From Bdellovibrionota bacterium (lineage in GTDB: Bacteria > Bdellovibrionota_C > UBA2361 > JBIKUX01), in assembly GCA_044347345.1 (NCBI GenBank), contig JBIKUX010000006.1:1-64000 (forward strand): a stretch of 64,000 nucleotides of DNA, read 5' to 3'. The notes below the pieces were generated by a model. That model made no database searches, had not been told where the DNA came from, and saw only the letters and a list, made by a program, of their open reading frames with translations. The position numbers and the translations under genes were made by a program. Of the stretch, positions 49,041 to 59,795 are shown in pieces. Within the stretch, counting starts at the first letter, position 1, and the number at the start of each line of letters is the position of its first letter.

Positions 49041-49880
49041 ATGTCTAAAGACCGTGATCGTCGGTTCGGATGCTCAAAATTTTATCTATTTCCTGCATGG
49101 GCTACCCTAAGCTTGTTAGGCTTGTTTAGTAGTGCCTGCACTCAGGAAAAAGAGTCTACGTCATCATCAGCATTGCCGACTCAAAGTATTGAGAGTAAGC
49201 CCGCTGATAGTAAACCCTCTAATACTAAGGGGGATAACGAGGGTAGTGTCATGGATTCTAAAAAAATAAGTTATATAATTGGACATAATATCGGTAAAAG
49301 TCTCTTATCTGATGGTGTTAGTGTAGAGAGACAATCTTTGCTTGAAGGGTTGAGCCAGGCTCTTGAGGGTAAAAATTCGCAATTTTCAGAGCAAGAGGCC
49401 ACTCAAGCGCTACAACAACTGCAAAGAGAAGTTATGATGAAGCGTCAAGAAGCTTCAAAAGTACAAGGTAAAAAGAATGAAGAAGATGGCAAAGCGTTTT
49501 TAGCTCAGAACAAAAGTTTAGAGGGATGGATAGAGCTTCCAAGCGGCTTACAATACAAAATTGTAAAAGAAGGTTCGGGAATTAGTCCAAAATTAGAGGA
49601 TACAGTTGTGGCGCATTACACTGGAACTCTTATAAATGGCACTAAGTTTGATAGTTCTCGTGATCGTGGCCAACCAGCTGAATTTCAATTAAGTGGTTTG
49701 ATTAAAGGGTGGCAAGAGGCTTTGCAGATGATGAAGCCTGGTTCCAGATGGGAACTCGTAGTACCTTCTGACTTAGCTTATGGATCTCACGGTGCTGGCC
49801 CAGGTAGCCCCATTGGTCCTAATGAAACTCTTAAATTCGATATTGAATTAGTCCAAGTGAAGAGCTCATCTACTAAGTAG
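49041..49880 (+). CDS. FKBP-type peptidyl-prolyl isomerase (FkpA/Mip-like) lipoprotein
   Basis: Lipobox SSAC, SGLQY, HYTGTL..FDSS, IKGWQEAL. Confidence 0.93.
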   Translation: MSKDRDRRFGCSKFYLFPAWATLSLLGLFSSACTQEKESTSSSALPTQSIESKPADSKPSNTKGDNEGSVMDSKKISYIIGHNIGKSLLSDGVSVERQSLLEGLSQALEGKNSQFSEQEATQALQQLQREVMMKRQEASKVQGKKNEEDGKAFLAQNKSLEGWIELPSGLQYKIVKEGSGISPKLEDTVVAHYTGTLINGTKFDSSRDRGQPAEFQLSGLIKGWQEALQMMKPGSRWELVVPSDLAYGSHGAGPGSPIGPNETLKFDIELVQVKSSSTK

Positions 49881-50955
49881 TAAGTAAAGATTTGTTTAGC
49901 CCACCATCCAGAAGTGAAAGAAAGTGGTTTTCATCAGCGATTAAGGTAGTCTGTACAGTTACCACTATAAAACACTCTCTGAGATGGTGATTAAGAGGTA
50001 TTATTTCATTAATTTTTATAGCGTCCTTTGCAGTTGTAATAATTAGAGCATTATTTGGTAATTTATCTGCATACTGCGTTAGGTCTGATAGTGAATAACG
50101 TGCATGATCTTTGGCTAAAAATTGATGTGAAATTTTCAAGCCAGTTGATTTTACAGTTTGAATAAAACCATTGGGATTAGCTATCCCACACAAAATAGCT
50201 ACTTCGTTCTTTATTTCTTCTTTCTTTATTAAAGTACCATCAAGTCGTTTGAGTATGGGAGGTGTAAGAGCCGTTTCAAAAAACGGAATTTTTTTTGGCA
50301 GAATAGCTACTAGATCATCTGGAATTGATTGAATATTAGAAATAACCTTTCGATGAGACAATATAATGGCTGAGGCTCTTTGCAGACCCTTATCTCTATC
50401 TTCTCGAAAAAAGCCTGCTGGTAAAAGCTTACCCTTTAAAAAATTATCAATTGCCTCTGAAGTACTTACATCGACCGTGATAAAATTTAAATCTCGGTGT
50501 ATGTATCTGTGCTGTAATCCGTCATCTAACAGTATGACGTTAATTTCAGGGTGATACTGTAGCAAAAGCTTTACTCCGTCACTTCTCTTTGGTGATACAA
50601 CTATGGGAACGTGAAGTGTTTCTGATAGTAACTTTGGTTCATCGCCGACTACATTGCTTAATGTATCACTGTCAACAAATGTTGGCTTAGTAGCTGAACC
50701 ACCGTAACCACGTGAAATAATCCCAACCTTATAGCCTTGCTGAGTAAGAGTATTGCAGAGATAAATAATAAAAGGAGTTTTTCCAGTCCCTCCAACAGTA
50801 AGATTACCCACGCTTATCACACTAACCGGAGCGTGATATTGTTTAATTATATTTTGGTCGAAAAGAGTATTCCGAATGGAAGTTATTTGCCCATAAAAAT
50901 AACTTAATGGATTAATAATCAGATTAGGTACCGACATATTCATATTCATATTCAC
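49873..50955 (-). CDS. lpxK: tetraacyldisaccharide 4'-kinase
   Basis: VGNLTVGGTGKTP, SRGYG, GDEP, LDDGLQH. Confidence 0.95.
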   Translation of the reverse strand: MNMNMNMSVPNLIINPLSYFYGQITSIRNTLFDQNIIKQYHAPVSVISVGNLTVGGTGKTPFIIYLCNTLTQQGYKVGIISRGYGGSATKPTFVDSDTLSNVVGDEPKLLSETLHVPIVVSPKRSDGVKLLLQYHPEINVILLDDGLQHRYIHRDLNFITVDVSTSEAIDNFLKGKLLPAGFFREDRDKGLQRASAIILSHRKVISNIQSIPDDLVAILPKKIPFFETALTPPILKRLDGTLIKKEEIKNEVAILCGIANPNGFIQTVKSTGLKISHQFLAKDHARYSLSDLTQYADKLPNNALIITTAKDAIKINEIIPLNHHLRECFIVVTVQTTLIADENHFLSLLDGGLNKSLLTT

Positions 50956-51025
50956 GATTAAATATTCTATTTATCGGGATAGCACTTTAAAGAATATCAA
51001 TAATTATTGATCCCTAATGCATTTT

Positions 51026-52300
51026 TTATACTGTTTCTAAAAGCTCTGAGCAAAGAGCTTGAATAGTACGACCGGTAGCGCCAATATGATTTTGAAAAGT
51101 CTGGTATCCTTGTTCGCCGATATTTTTAAGTGCTTCTGGACATTCGACAAGTTTTCTTAGAACTTCAGTTGCTCCTAATTGATTGGTGATTTCAATTATT
51201 CCGTTGGTTTTTTTGAGATCTGATACAATCTCCCCAACAGTGAATGAATGAGGACCCATTACTACTGGCACTCGATAAGCCGCTGCCTCTAATGGATTGT
51301 GGCCACCAATCGGTACTAATGAAGCTCCTATAAATACGAGTGATGAGTAGGAATAAACTCGCTCAAGTTCACCAAATGTATCAAGTAATACAATACGCTC
51401 ATTGTCGTTAGCAGGGCGCTTTTCAGCTTTAAGAGTGGTAAATCTGACGGCAGAAAGACCAGCATTACTGAGAGCATTTTCAAAATACTCAAACTTTTCT
51501 TTATGACGCGGCGCTACAATAAGTTGAAGATCGTGATATTTAGACATAATTTCACGAATCGGATCAAACCAAATTTTCTCCTCCTGTGGTCTTATGCTAC
51601 CTAGGGTAATAATGCTTTTGGGAGTACTAAATATAGTATGAGCGTATACTGTAGCCTCCTCTTTAGATGTTATTGATGGTTTACGATCGTACTTTGTGTT
51701 TCCGGTGATGATTATGCGATTATTTGGAATGCCAAGGTTTGCATATCTATCCTTTGATGCTCTGTCGATCACACAAGCTAGAGATATAGCTTTAACTACA
51801 TCCCTTAAAAAAGGAGCTAGAACTCGATAACGGTTAACTGTTGTATCGGAAATTCGGCCATTAATAATAAGCACCTTACCTCCTTGATTTTTTACGAATC
51901 TTATCAGTTCAGGCCAAAGCTCTGTTTCACAAATAATAAGAAGTTTAATAGTAGAATTTTTTAATGCTTGTTTTAAAAATTTTTTGCTATCAAAAGGAAG
52001 AAACGCTGAACCATCGAATAATTCTTTTCCAATTTTTTCTGCATAGTTTGAAACACTTGTGTGAAGAAAAAAGCTGGATGGAAACTTTGACTTAAAGAAG
52101 GGTAAAAGCTCCGCCACTGATTGAGTTTCTCCGAGGGAGGCTCCATGAAACCAAACAATTGACTGATTAGTTGGTAAGCTGAATGGCCAGAAACCATACC
52201 TCTCCTTGAGTCGGTATCTTCCTCTTGAAGAAGCAAAAAAAAATGGATAGGAAAGATAACCGAGAGCTAGCATTAAGAAGCGGTAAGAAAGTGTTCCCAT
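51026..52300 (-). CDS. waaA: Kdo transferase
   Basis: WFHGASLGE, ETELWP, GNTKYD, APRH, GGHNPLEAA. Confidence 0.95.
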   Translation of the reverse strand: MGTLSYRFLMLALGYLSYPFFFASSRGRYRLKERYGFWPFSLPTNQSIVWFHGASLGETQSVAELLPFFKSKFPSSFFLHTSVSNYAEKIGKELFDGSAFLPFDSKKFLKQALKNSTIKLLIICETELWPELIRFVKNQGGKVLIINGRISDTTVNRYRVLAPFLRDVVKAISLACVIDRASKDRYANLGIPNNRIIITGNTKYDRKPSITSKEEATVYAHTIFSTPKSIITLGSIRPQEEKIWFDPIREIMSKYHDLQLIVAPRHKEKFEYFENALSNAGLSAVRFTTLKAEKRPANDNERIVLLDTFGELERVYSYSSLVFIGASLVPIGGHNPLEAAAYRVPVVMGPHSFTVGEIVSDLKKTNGIIEITNQLGATEVLRKLVECPEALKNIGEQGYQTFQNHIGATGRTIQALCSELLETV

Positions 52301-52327
52301 AAAATTTTCAATACTATCGATACTTTT

Positions 52328-55300
52328 CTAGCTGTACTTTTGATCTGGATTGTCGTTATGGTTTCCAGCATCCTCTGGGAATGTAATATCAATTTCATTT
52401 GTAATCTTTTTACAAGAATTGTCGACAGAGGAGCTACCATCGAGAGACGAACTAACGAGAGATGCGCTAAATTGTAGCTCGTAGAGACGTTTGTACTCGC
52501 CGTCTTTATCCATTAATTCGTCATGTGTTCCTATTTCAACTACTACTCCATCTTTTAAAACAAAAATTCTATTGGCTGAGCGGATTGTTGAGAGACGATG
52601 AGCTATCACAAGAGTTGTTCTGCCCTTTTCAAGAACCTCTAAGGCTTTTTGAACCTCACGTTCGGAACTATTATCAAGAGATGCTGTTGCTTCATCTAGT
52701 ATCAGAATCGGAGATTTACTAATTAAAGCTCGTGCTATAGCGATTCTTTGTCTCTCGCCGCCTGATAAGGTCATTCCACTTTCACCAATAATTGTAAAGA
52801 AACCTAGAGGAAGCTGCTTTATAAATTGATAAGCATAAGCAAGTCGGGCAGCATTCTCTACGTCCTCGAGGGTCGCATCTCTTCTGCCATATCTTATGTT
52901 TTCAAAGATAGAATCCTGAAACAAAAATGTGTGCTGGCTTACCATAGCTATTCTCGAGCGAAGCTCAGAGAGAGAAAGTTTTCTTATATCAATTCCTCCA
53001 AGAAGCAATCGACCCTGAGTTGGATCGATAAAGCGCGGGATTAGATCGACAAGTGTTGATTTCCCTGATCCAGATAGACCAACAAGTGCAATTTTTTCTC
53101 CCTCTTCGATGGACATTGTGACATTGGTAAGGGCTCCTCGGGAGGAAGAACGACTATATGAGAAAGAGATATTTTCAAAAGAAATGCAGTTTGTTTTCGG
53201 CATGGAAACTGGATTTTCTGGTGAAGCTATAGTTACTTGAGCATCGAGCACTTCGAAAATACGATGACTGCCCGCTATGCCTTGTTGTAGTGCACCTGTA
53301 ACTCGACTAAGCTTTTTAAAGGGATCGTACATTAAAAAGACTGCTAGTAAAAAAGCTATAAAGTCACCCTGCGTTCTGCTGCCGGAGATAACTGTAGTAC
53401 CTCCATAGAAGATAATTGTACCAATTGCTATACTAGCTAGCACTTCGTTAATTGGTCCTACAAGAGCTCTAACTTTTTCTGACCGAATTAAGGTTCGAGT
53501 AAGAGAGGAGTTAGCTTGCCGAAAACGTGATTGTTCGTAGTCTTCTGCTGTGAATAATTTTACTATTTTATTGCCGTGAATAGCTTCGCTAAAAAGAGAG
53601 GACAGAGATCCTATAGCTTCCTGACCTTTTCTTGACAGCCTTCTCATCTTCTTTCCAAATGAACTGACTGGAATAATGCCAAGAGGGAATACAATCACTG
53701 CAATAAAAGCGAGAAATGGATCGAGAAAGAAAGCAGCAAAAGTGAGAGCAATTATTCTAACAATATCTCGAAGAATTGCTGATGTAGAATCCGTTAGAAG
53801 CGTGCGCACTAATTGAACATCTGCAGTAGCTCTAGCCAATAAGTCGCCACTGGATTTATCAGAAAAAAAACTCGGACTTAGTAATAATAATTTTTGGTGT
53901 AGTTTGTTTCTAAGGTCTTCAACGACTCGGTGCCCTACTGAATTTTGTAGATATTGTTGGCCAAAATCAACGAAGGCTCGAAAAAAACTAATGCTTACCA
54001 AAATAATTGGAAAAATTAGTAAAACATCTCTTTGTCCATTTGTTAAAACCTTATCTAAAGCAAATTTAACAATAAACGGAACCGCTCCATCTGTTGCCCC
54101 GTAGCATACCATACATAATATAGCTAAAATAAATCTGCGCTTGTGTGGTCTTAACAGTTCTAATAAGCGACGGTTCTCAGTGATTAACGGTGGTTTCGTG
54201 GCGGCAAGTTTTAGCGCAGTTTTAGCTACTCGAAGGGCTGCATCCTCTTTTGACTCATTAGAGGTTTCATTAGCTGAGAGATATGAAAGAAGATTTTCGC
54301 TTTTATCCCTTTCATCGTAGCTAGATAATTGTTTGCGGATTAGAGCTAAATTATCTTCGATCTGCTTTCGGTAAGCATTATCTGTAAGTAATCTGTCTAC
54401 TTCATCTGCAACATTACTGACCGTAAAATCATCTTGTAGAAGTTCTCGAATAGTATTTGGTATAAGTATGTTTACTATGGAGAATTGCTTAAGTGGAGAG
54501 AGTTTTCTTATGATTGTTGCTGAAATTGGATGAACTGCATAGACCATCGCAAAAGGAAGGCCCGCATAGGCGGCTTCAAGGTTGCATGTACCTGACTTTA
54601 AAATACCGATATCGCTACCGAACAAAACCGTTTTTGTATCTCCTTGCCAAACTATACACCAGTCTAAATGAGGACGAATTAATTCGTAGGTACCGGCGAT
54701 TAAGTGGGAAGGAATGGGTATCACTGCTGTAATTGGTTTACCTCTTTTTCTGGCTTCTAAGAGGCCGTTAATTAATATTGGTAAATTCGCGGTAACTTCC
54801 TGAGAACGGCTACCAGGGAAAATTGATACAACATTGTCGGATGAGGGGATTGCTAAAGTGCGCCGAAGTTCTGAGCTAATTTTTGTTCGCGTAGATGCTA
54901 CGTCATTAGGAAACTTATCCTTAAAAGGGTGCCCTACATAAGAAGTTCGGTAAAACCCATGTTTTGCTAAAAATTCCTTTTCAAAAGGAAATATAGTAGC
55001 TACATGATGAACGTAGCGGTCGAGAGCACGGACTCGGCTTGGACGAGAAGCCCATAACTTTGGCGGTACATAATATAATACCGGTATTTTTAAATCTCGA
55101 GCTTTTTTTGCAACACGCAGATTAAAAGTTGGAAAATCAATCAAAATAATTACATCTGGTCGCCATGTTCGTAGAGTTTTTGTAATCGTAGAGAACGCCG
55201 TAAGAAGTTGTTTACCAGAGCGGATTACTTCAATAATCCCCATCACCGCACCAGCAGATTCTGAATCAACTACTATATTAATTCCTTGAGCCTTTGAATA

Positions 55301-55561
55301 GCGTCCTCCCATTCCTTTTATTTCGGCGTGCGGCACTAGGCTAAAAATAGCTTGGGCTAACTCTGCTGCTCTTTGGTCTCCTGAAACCTCTCCGGCAATA
55401 ATAAATATCTTAGGTCGGTCACACGCTGAATCTACTGTTTTAGCTAATACAGAATTTTCATCGACAGCTAATCCATCTTTAGCTAAAGGGATTGCGTTAT
55501 TTGTTACACCTGTCTTTGATGTTACTGAGTTTGTCATGCTGATATTTGGCATAAATTTCAA
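52328..55561 (-). CDS. LpxB (lipid-A-disaccharide synthase)-MsbA (lipid A flippase) fusion
   Basis: N-part AGEVSGD, IDFPTFN, VGHP, PGSRSQE, SGT; C-part ABC TM domain plus GLSGSGKST, LSGGERQR, DEATASLD. Confidence 0.9.
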   Translation of the reverse strand: MKFMPNISMTNSVTSKTGVTNNAIPLAKDGLAVDENSVLAKTVDSACDRPKIFIIAGEVSGDQRAAELAQAIFSLVPHAEIKGMGGRYSKAQGINIVVDSESAGAVMGIIEVIRSGKQLLTAFSTITKTLRTWRPDVIILIDFPTFNLRVAKKARDLKIPVLYYVPPKLWASRPSRVRALDRYVHHVATIFPFEKEFLAKHGFYRTSYVGHPFKDKFPNDVASTRTKISSELRRTLAIPSSDNVVSIFPGSRSQEVTANLPILINGLLEARKRGKPITAVIPIPSHLIAGTYELIRPHLDWCIVWQGDTKTVLFGSDIGILKSGTCNLEAAYAGLPFAMVYAVHPISATIIRKLSPLKQFSIVNILIPNTIRELLQDDFTVSNVADEVDRLLTDNAYRKQIEDNLALIRKQLSSYDERDKSENLLSYLSANETSNESKEDAALRVAKTALKLAATKPPLITENRRLLELLRPHKRRFILAILCMVCYGATDGAVPFIVKFALDKVLTNGQRDVLLIFPIILVSISFFRAFVDFGQQYLQNSVGHRVVEDLRNKLHQKLLLLSPSFFSDKSSGDLLARATADVQLVRTLLTDSTSAILRDIVRIIALTFAAFFLDPFLAFIAVIVFPLGIIPVSSFGKKMRRLSRKGQEAIGSLSSLFSEAIHGNKIVKLFTAEDYEQSRFRQANSSLTRTLIRSEKVRALVGPINEVLASIAIGTIIFYGGTTVISGSRTQGDFIAFLLAVFLMYDPFKKLSRVTGALQQGIAGSHRIFEVLDAQVTIASPENPVSMPKTNCISFENISFSYSRSSSRGALTNVTMSIEEGEKIALVGLSGSGKSTLVDLIPRFIDPTQGRLLLGGIDIRKLSLSELRSRIAMVSQHTFLFQDSIFENIRYGRRDATLEDVENAARLAYAYQFIKQLPLGFFTIIGESGMTLSGGERQRIAIARALISKSPILILDEATASLDNSSEREVQKALEVLEKGRTTLVIAHRLSTIRSANRIFVLKDGVVVEIGTHDELMDKDGEYKRLYELQFSASLVSSSLDGSSSVDNSCKKITNEIDITFPEDAGNHNDNPDQKYS

Positions 55562-55801
55562 ATTGAGTACTATTCCCGCAATAATAGCATTATTAAAACA
55601 ATTCTACGACCTGTGACGAGGATACTTTTTGCTTGTGAATGATCTTTCTTGAAAGAGTAAAAAACCTTATTTTTTTGCAGGTTTTATGCTATTTTAAGGA
55701 TGGTAATAGGAATGCTAAGAATGGGTTAAATAGTTTTTTAGCTCACTAAAAAGGGTGTTTAAGTCTGCTCTTAGTTTTTCCTATTTTATAGAGGAGGTAG
55801 T

Positions 55802-56080
55802 ATGAAAACTAATTTACTCGTTTCCAGTGGTATTGTTCGCGCTACGTTAATAACTAGCATAAGTGTAGCGATGATTGGATGTGCTTCAGTAGGTGAAGTT
55901 CGTTCCTTGCGAGATGAGGTTAGGGGTTTGCGTTCAGCACACTCAGAAATATCTCAGGAAGCTCGCAGAGCTGGTGACGCAGCTGAAAAGGCTGAGTTAC
56001 AAGCTAAAGAGGCTAACGAAAGGTCTGTCCGTACTGAAGAAATGCTCAATCGGAGCTTTCAAAGGAGGATGTATAAGTAA
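55802..56080 (+). CDS. Lpp/OprI-like alanine-zipper lipoprotein
   Basis: Strong GAGGAGG RBS, lipobox MIGC, coiled coil with KEANER, C-terminal Lys. Confidence 0.8.
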   Translation: MKTNLLVSSGIVRATLITSISVAMIGCASVGEVRSLRDEVRGLRSAHSEISQEARRAGDAAEKAELQAKEANERSVRTEEMLNRSFQRRMYK

Positions 56081-57182
56081 CACTAACTGATTCAGGAATG
56101 CCGTTAGCGTGGCTGATTAGTCTATCGATTTCTTTGCGAGAAGTTGGAGAAAAACCGCGAGATTGTAGAAGTTGATAAATTTTGTTTGTTTTAACCAATT
56201 TGTTAAAGGTTAAAGTTGAACTTTGTACCTGACTTGAACCTGACAGCGTTGAGTCTCGGGGCTGTTCACGTTGAAAATGATGTGATTGATTAACTGGTTG
56301 GTGAGTGATGTTGGGAAAGTTAGAATCGTCCTGTGATAAATCAGGATGAATTTCGACAAATACGGAGTTATGTCGCTCACCAACCTTGATTTGTTCGTCA
56401 ATAATTGTAACTTTTGTTCCTAGAGTTACCACAGCGAATAATTGGGCTATATCCTCAGGATACATTCGGATGCAGCCGTGAGTAACTAAAAGACCGATAC
56501 CCATGGCTTTCTCAAGATTAGTTCCGTGAATAAGATAAGTGCTGTTACTTAGTCGTAAAGCAAATTGTCCAAGGGGGTTGTTGGGTGAACCGCCCTTAAT
56601 GATAGTGGGGAGCGTATATCCGCCGGCAAGTGCTTCACGGTGAAGTGAGGGCGGAGGAATCCAATCTGGATGAACTATCTTTTCGGTTATTATTTTAACC
56701 CCCAGCGGTGTCTCCCAACCTTCTCTACCGAGGCTAACCGGAAAAGTCATTACATCTGTAGAATCATCACCTTTTGGAAAATAATACAAGCGCATTTCAG
56801 CTCTGTTAAGTATTATGCCGGTGCGTGGTCCAGGGGGTAGAACATACATTTGCGGGATTTTAACCTTAGTTCCGTCACCAGGAAGCCATACCGAAATATT
56901 TGGATTAGCCTGTACAATCTGTTTAAATCCAAGATCGTATCTGCGAGCTATGACTGGTAATGTATCTTCCTTGGATGCTGTAATAAAAAATTTATTACCA
57001 ATGACGGATTCCTTAGGTGAATTTAAGTTAAAAGTTTCAGCAAGGGCAAATTTTTTACTATTATCCGAAATCAAATTAATGCTGATTAATATTGCCAAAA
57101 CCACTAAACTGACTCGTAGTATGTGATTAATTAATAATATTACCGTTAGATTACTTAATAGATTCTTCATTAGTTTTTTCAT
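56046..57182 (-). CDS. L,D-transpeptidase (ErfK/YbiS-like, with LysM)
   Basis: DTL..IARRY LysM, PVSLGR..TP, NNPLG, IHGT..HGCIRM. Confidence 0.92.
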   Translation of the reverse strand: MKKLMKNLLSNLTVILLINHILRVSLVVLAILISINLISDNSKKFALAETFNLNSPKESVIGNKFFITASKEDTLPVIARRYDLGFKQIVQANPNISVWLPGDGTKVKIPQMYVLPPGPRTGIILNRAEMRLYYFPKGDDSTDVMTFPVSLGREGWETPLGVKIITEKIVHPDWIPPPSLHREALAGGYTLPTIIKGGSPNNPLGQFALRLSNSTYLIHGTNLEKAMGIGLLVTHGCIRMYPEDIAQLFAVVTLGTKVTIIDEQIKVGERHNSVFVEIHPDLSQDDSNFPNITHQPVNQSHHFQREQPRDSTLSGSSQVQSSTLTFNKLVKTNKIYQLLQSRGFSPTSRKEIDRLISHANGIPESVSVTYTSSFESSD

Positions 57183-58497
57183 CTAATGCGGAGGAATACT
57201 CGAGCTTTATGTTAAGTAGTGAGCTATACAAAGAGATAAGTGTCTCTCGAAAAGCTCTTTGAGAGTATTTATTGTCCGCCAAATTTTTTGCAGCTTCGCC
57301 AAGAGCTTTGCACCGCACTGGATTATTAAGGAGCGAGTTTATTCCCTCAGCAAGTGCATGTGAACTAACTTCGGTCAAAACTGCTGATTGATTGTCGATT
57401 ATTTGCAAGTGACTTTCAATAGCTGTGGCTATAATTGGTTTGCCGGCGGCTAGATAAGAATAAAGTTTCATAGGTGTGTTGGTACCGTAGCGTCTTGGAG
57501 ATACTAAAATATCGGCTTGAGCTAGGAGATATGGAAGTTCTGGTAAAGGCCGTGGTCCTAAGAGATGAATTTTATTTTGTGCATCTGATGGTAAGGATCT
57601 AATTAAATTCTTTGTTCGTTCTATGTCAGCCAAAGTTCCGCCGATAAGGACTAAATGGGCATTTTCGTTGATGTTTTGCCACGCTTGGACAAGTAAATCA
57701 GTGCCTTGGTATGGCTCAAAATTTCCTACATATAATACAATCATAGAATCGGCAGGAGCCTGAATTAAAGATTGAATATTAGGATGATTGTTATTTTGTG
57801 AGTTATTGGACGGAATAGCAAAATCACGAAGTATAACTACTTTTGGTGTATTAGCCGAATAGGCTACTTTTGCCAATGAATCACATACTGCAATAGTGGC
57901 TAGAGAGTCACACATTATCTGACTTTCTATTCGCTTGAGTATTTGCTCTCCCGGACCTACCCACCACCACTTAGCGCGCACAAGTTCAGATAAATGCGAG
58001 TCCATATCGTAAATGTAAGGTATTTTAAATAGACGCATGAGTATCCAGCCTATACCCGCTGCTTCCTCAACCCCGTGTACGAGGGTATAGGGAAAATTAC
58101 TTGCTTTGTTTTGCCGCATAAGTTGTACAGCAGCTTTAAGGAGATAGAGGTCAGCAACACATTTTTTTATTGAGACACCTGGTCTCATATTCTTGAGGAA
58201 ATTGCTCACAACTGAAGGAGGTTTTATTCGATGAATTATTAATCTTGGATGAAAAATAGGCTCACCCTCTGCTACTGTTAGTATGTCAATGTAAAGTGTT
58301 GGAAAGCAGGCTAGTAACTCCTCAACAAGTTGCTTTACTGCGATAGGAGTACCGCGCTCAGTATAAAAGGGCTGAGGCGCAATTAGAAGAATCCGTCTTC
58401 TGCTGAGGGTATCTTTAAGGCCATTTATCATCTGTTTAGTAAGCGACTCTATATACACTGGTTTGGGCAGTATCAGCGAGTATGTTACTGTTAGCAA
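57151..58497 (-). CDS. glycosyltransferase family 4
   Basis: GNFEPYQG, SPR..GTNTPMKLYSYLAAGKPI. Confidence 0.88.
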   Translation of the reverse strand: MLTVTYSLILPKPVYIESLTKQMINGLKDTLSRRRILLIAPQPFYTERGTPIAVKQLVEELLACFPTLYIDILTVAEGEPIFHPRLIIHRIKPPSVVSNFLKNMRPGVSIKKCVADLYLLKAAVQLMRQNKASNFPYTLVHGVEEAAGIGWILMRLFKIPYIYDMDSHLSELVRAKWWWVGPGEQILKRIESQIMCDSLATIAVCDSLAKVAYSANTPKVVILRDFAIPSNNSQNNNHPNIQSLIQAPADSMIVLYVGNFEPYQGTDLLVQAWQNINENAHLVLIGGTLADIERTKNLIRSLPSDAQNKIHLLGPRPLPELPYLLAQADILVSPRRYGTNTPMKLYSYLAAGKPIIATAIESHLQIIDNQSAVLTEVSSHALAEGINSLLNNPVRCKALGEAAKNLADNKYSQRAFRETLISLYSSLLNIKLEYSSALDEKTNEESIK

Positions 58498-58538
58498 AGT
58501 TTGTCATTGTTTAAGTTAATTCTTTATGAGGTGATACC

Positions 58539-59291
58539 TTGCTTGAGGCTCCTGATATTCATAGTGGAAGTATTGAGTATGCTTCTCGTTTTTCTGGCTT
58601 AGTTGGAGCTTGGATGCTTGACGTTCAGTGGCACGCTATTAACAAGCTTATTGCTCTAACGGTGCCCCCGCCTGGACCAGTTTTAGATATAGGAGGAGGT
58701 CACGGCCAGCTTGCTATGCGCTTAGCTAAAGCAGGATATGATGTCACAGTTTTAGTTTCTAACTTTTCAGCATGGGAGAACTTAAGACAAGAAATAAACG
58801 GCTTGGAATCAGAAGCTGATAAGCTGGCCTCTGAGCGGCTAACCATAGTTGAAGGATTAATTCATCGACCCAGCGAACTCTTTTCTCCTGACTCGTATCC
58901 TTTAGTTTTAGCCGTACGAATATTATCTCATTTAGAGCAATGGGAGACCTTTCTAAAAGAGATGTGTTTGGTGGCAAGAAAACAAGTAGTTTTTGATTAT
59001 CCGTCGAACATGAGCATAAATCTTCTCAAAGAAATGTTATTTACAATGAAAAAAAGAGTTGAGGGTAACACTCGAAGTTTTTTGGTATTTGACGATAATG
59101 AAATTGAAAAAGCCATTAAAAGTTCTAATTACACTATAGCCAAAAAGTATCGGCAGTTTTTTTTGCCTATGGCGCTTCATCGTTTCATTCAAGTGTCTGA
59201 AGTAAGTAAAACCCTAGAAAAAATTGCCCATTCGGTAGGTATTACGCCACTTTTCGGTTCTCCAGTGGTGCTTTCTGCTGTTGCAAGTTAG
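58539..59291 (+). CDS. class I SAM-dependent methyltransferase
   Basis: VLDIGGGHG motif I. Confidence 0.85.
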   Translation: MLEAPDIHSGSIEYASRFSGLVGAWMLDVQWHAINKLIALTVPPPGPVLDIGGGHGQLAMRLAKAGYDVTVLVSNFSAWENLRQEINGLESEADKLASERLTIVEGLIHRPSELFSPDSYPLVLAVRILSHLEQWETFLKEMCLVARKQVVFDYPSNMSINLLKEMLFTMKKRVEGNTRSFLVFDDNEIEKAIKSSNYTIAKKYRQFFLPMALHRFIQVSEVSKTLEKIAHSVGITPLFGSPVVLSAVAS

Positions 59292-59327
59292 ACTTATGGT
59301 TAAAAACTACGCTGGAGGTATCAATAT

Positions 59328-59780
59328 ATGAATAAAACTTATGTTTGTCGGCAGTTATTTACAGTCTTTGTTTTCAGTGTAGCCTTAAGTGCTTGTACCG
59401 CTAGTCAGAACCCATTTGTAGCATCTAGTCGCCCGAGTTTGTATCCTAATGAGCACCTTCAAAAAGTGGGAATGCAGCGAGCAAATGCTGATATTGACGA
59501 ATGTATGGCACTAGCTGACCAATATGCAGAGCAGCCTTCTCAGTGGCAAGAGGCATTAAAAAGTTCAGCCAAAGGAGCTGTTGCTGGAACTGCGGTTGGA
59601 GCTGTGGGTGGTTCAGTATTTAGTAAAGCGGGTAGAGGTGCTGGTGCTGGTGCTGCTGTAGGAGGTATGTTAGGACTCTTAAGTGAATTAAATAATATGG
59701 GCAATAGAACTCCTTCTTATGAAAGATTTACGGAATACTGCTTACAAAAGAAAGGTTATGAAATCACTGGTTGGAGGTAG
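59328..59780 (+). CDS. glycine-zipper lipoprotein
   Basis: Lipobox LSAC, GAVAG..GAGAGAAVGG, CLQKKGY. Confidence 0.85.
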   Translation: MNKTYVCRQLFTVFVFSVALSACTASQNPFVASSRPSLYPNEHLQKVGMQRANADIDECMALADQYAEQPSQWQEALKSSAKGAVAGTAVGAVGGSVFSKAGRGAGAGAAVGGMLGLLSELNNMGNRTPSYERFTEYCLQKKGYEITGWR

Positions 59781-59795
59781 TTTAATCAGGATAGG

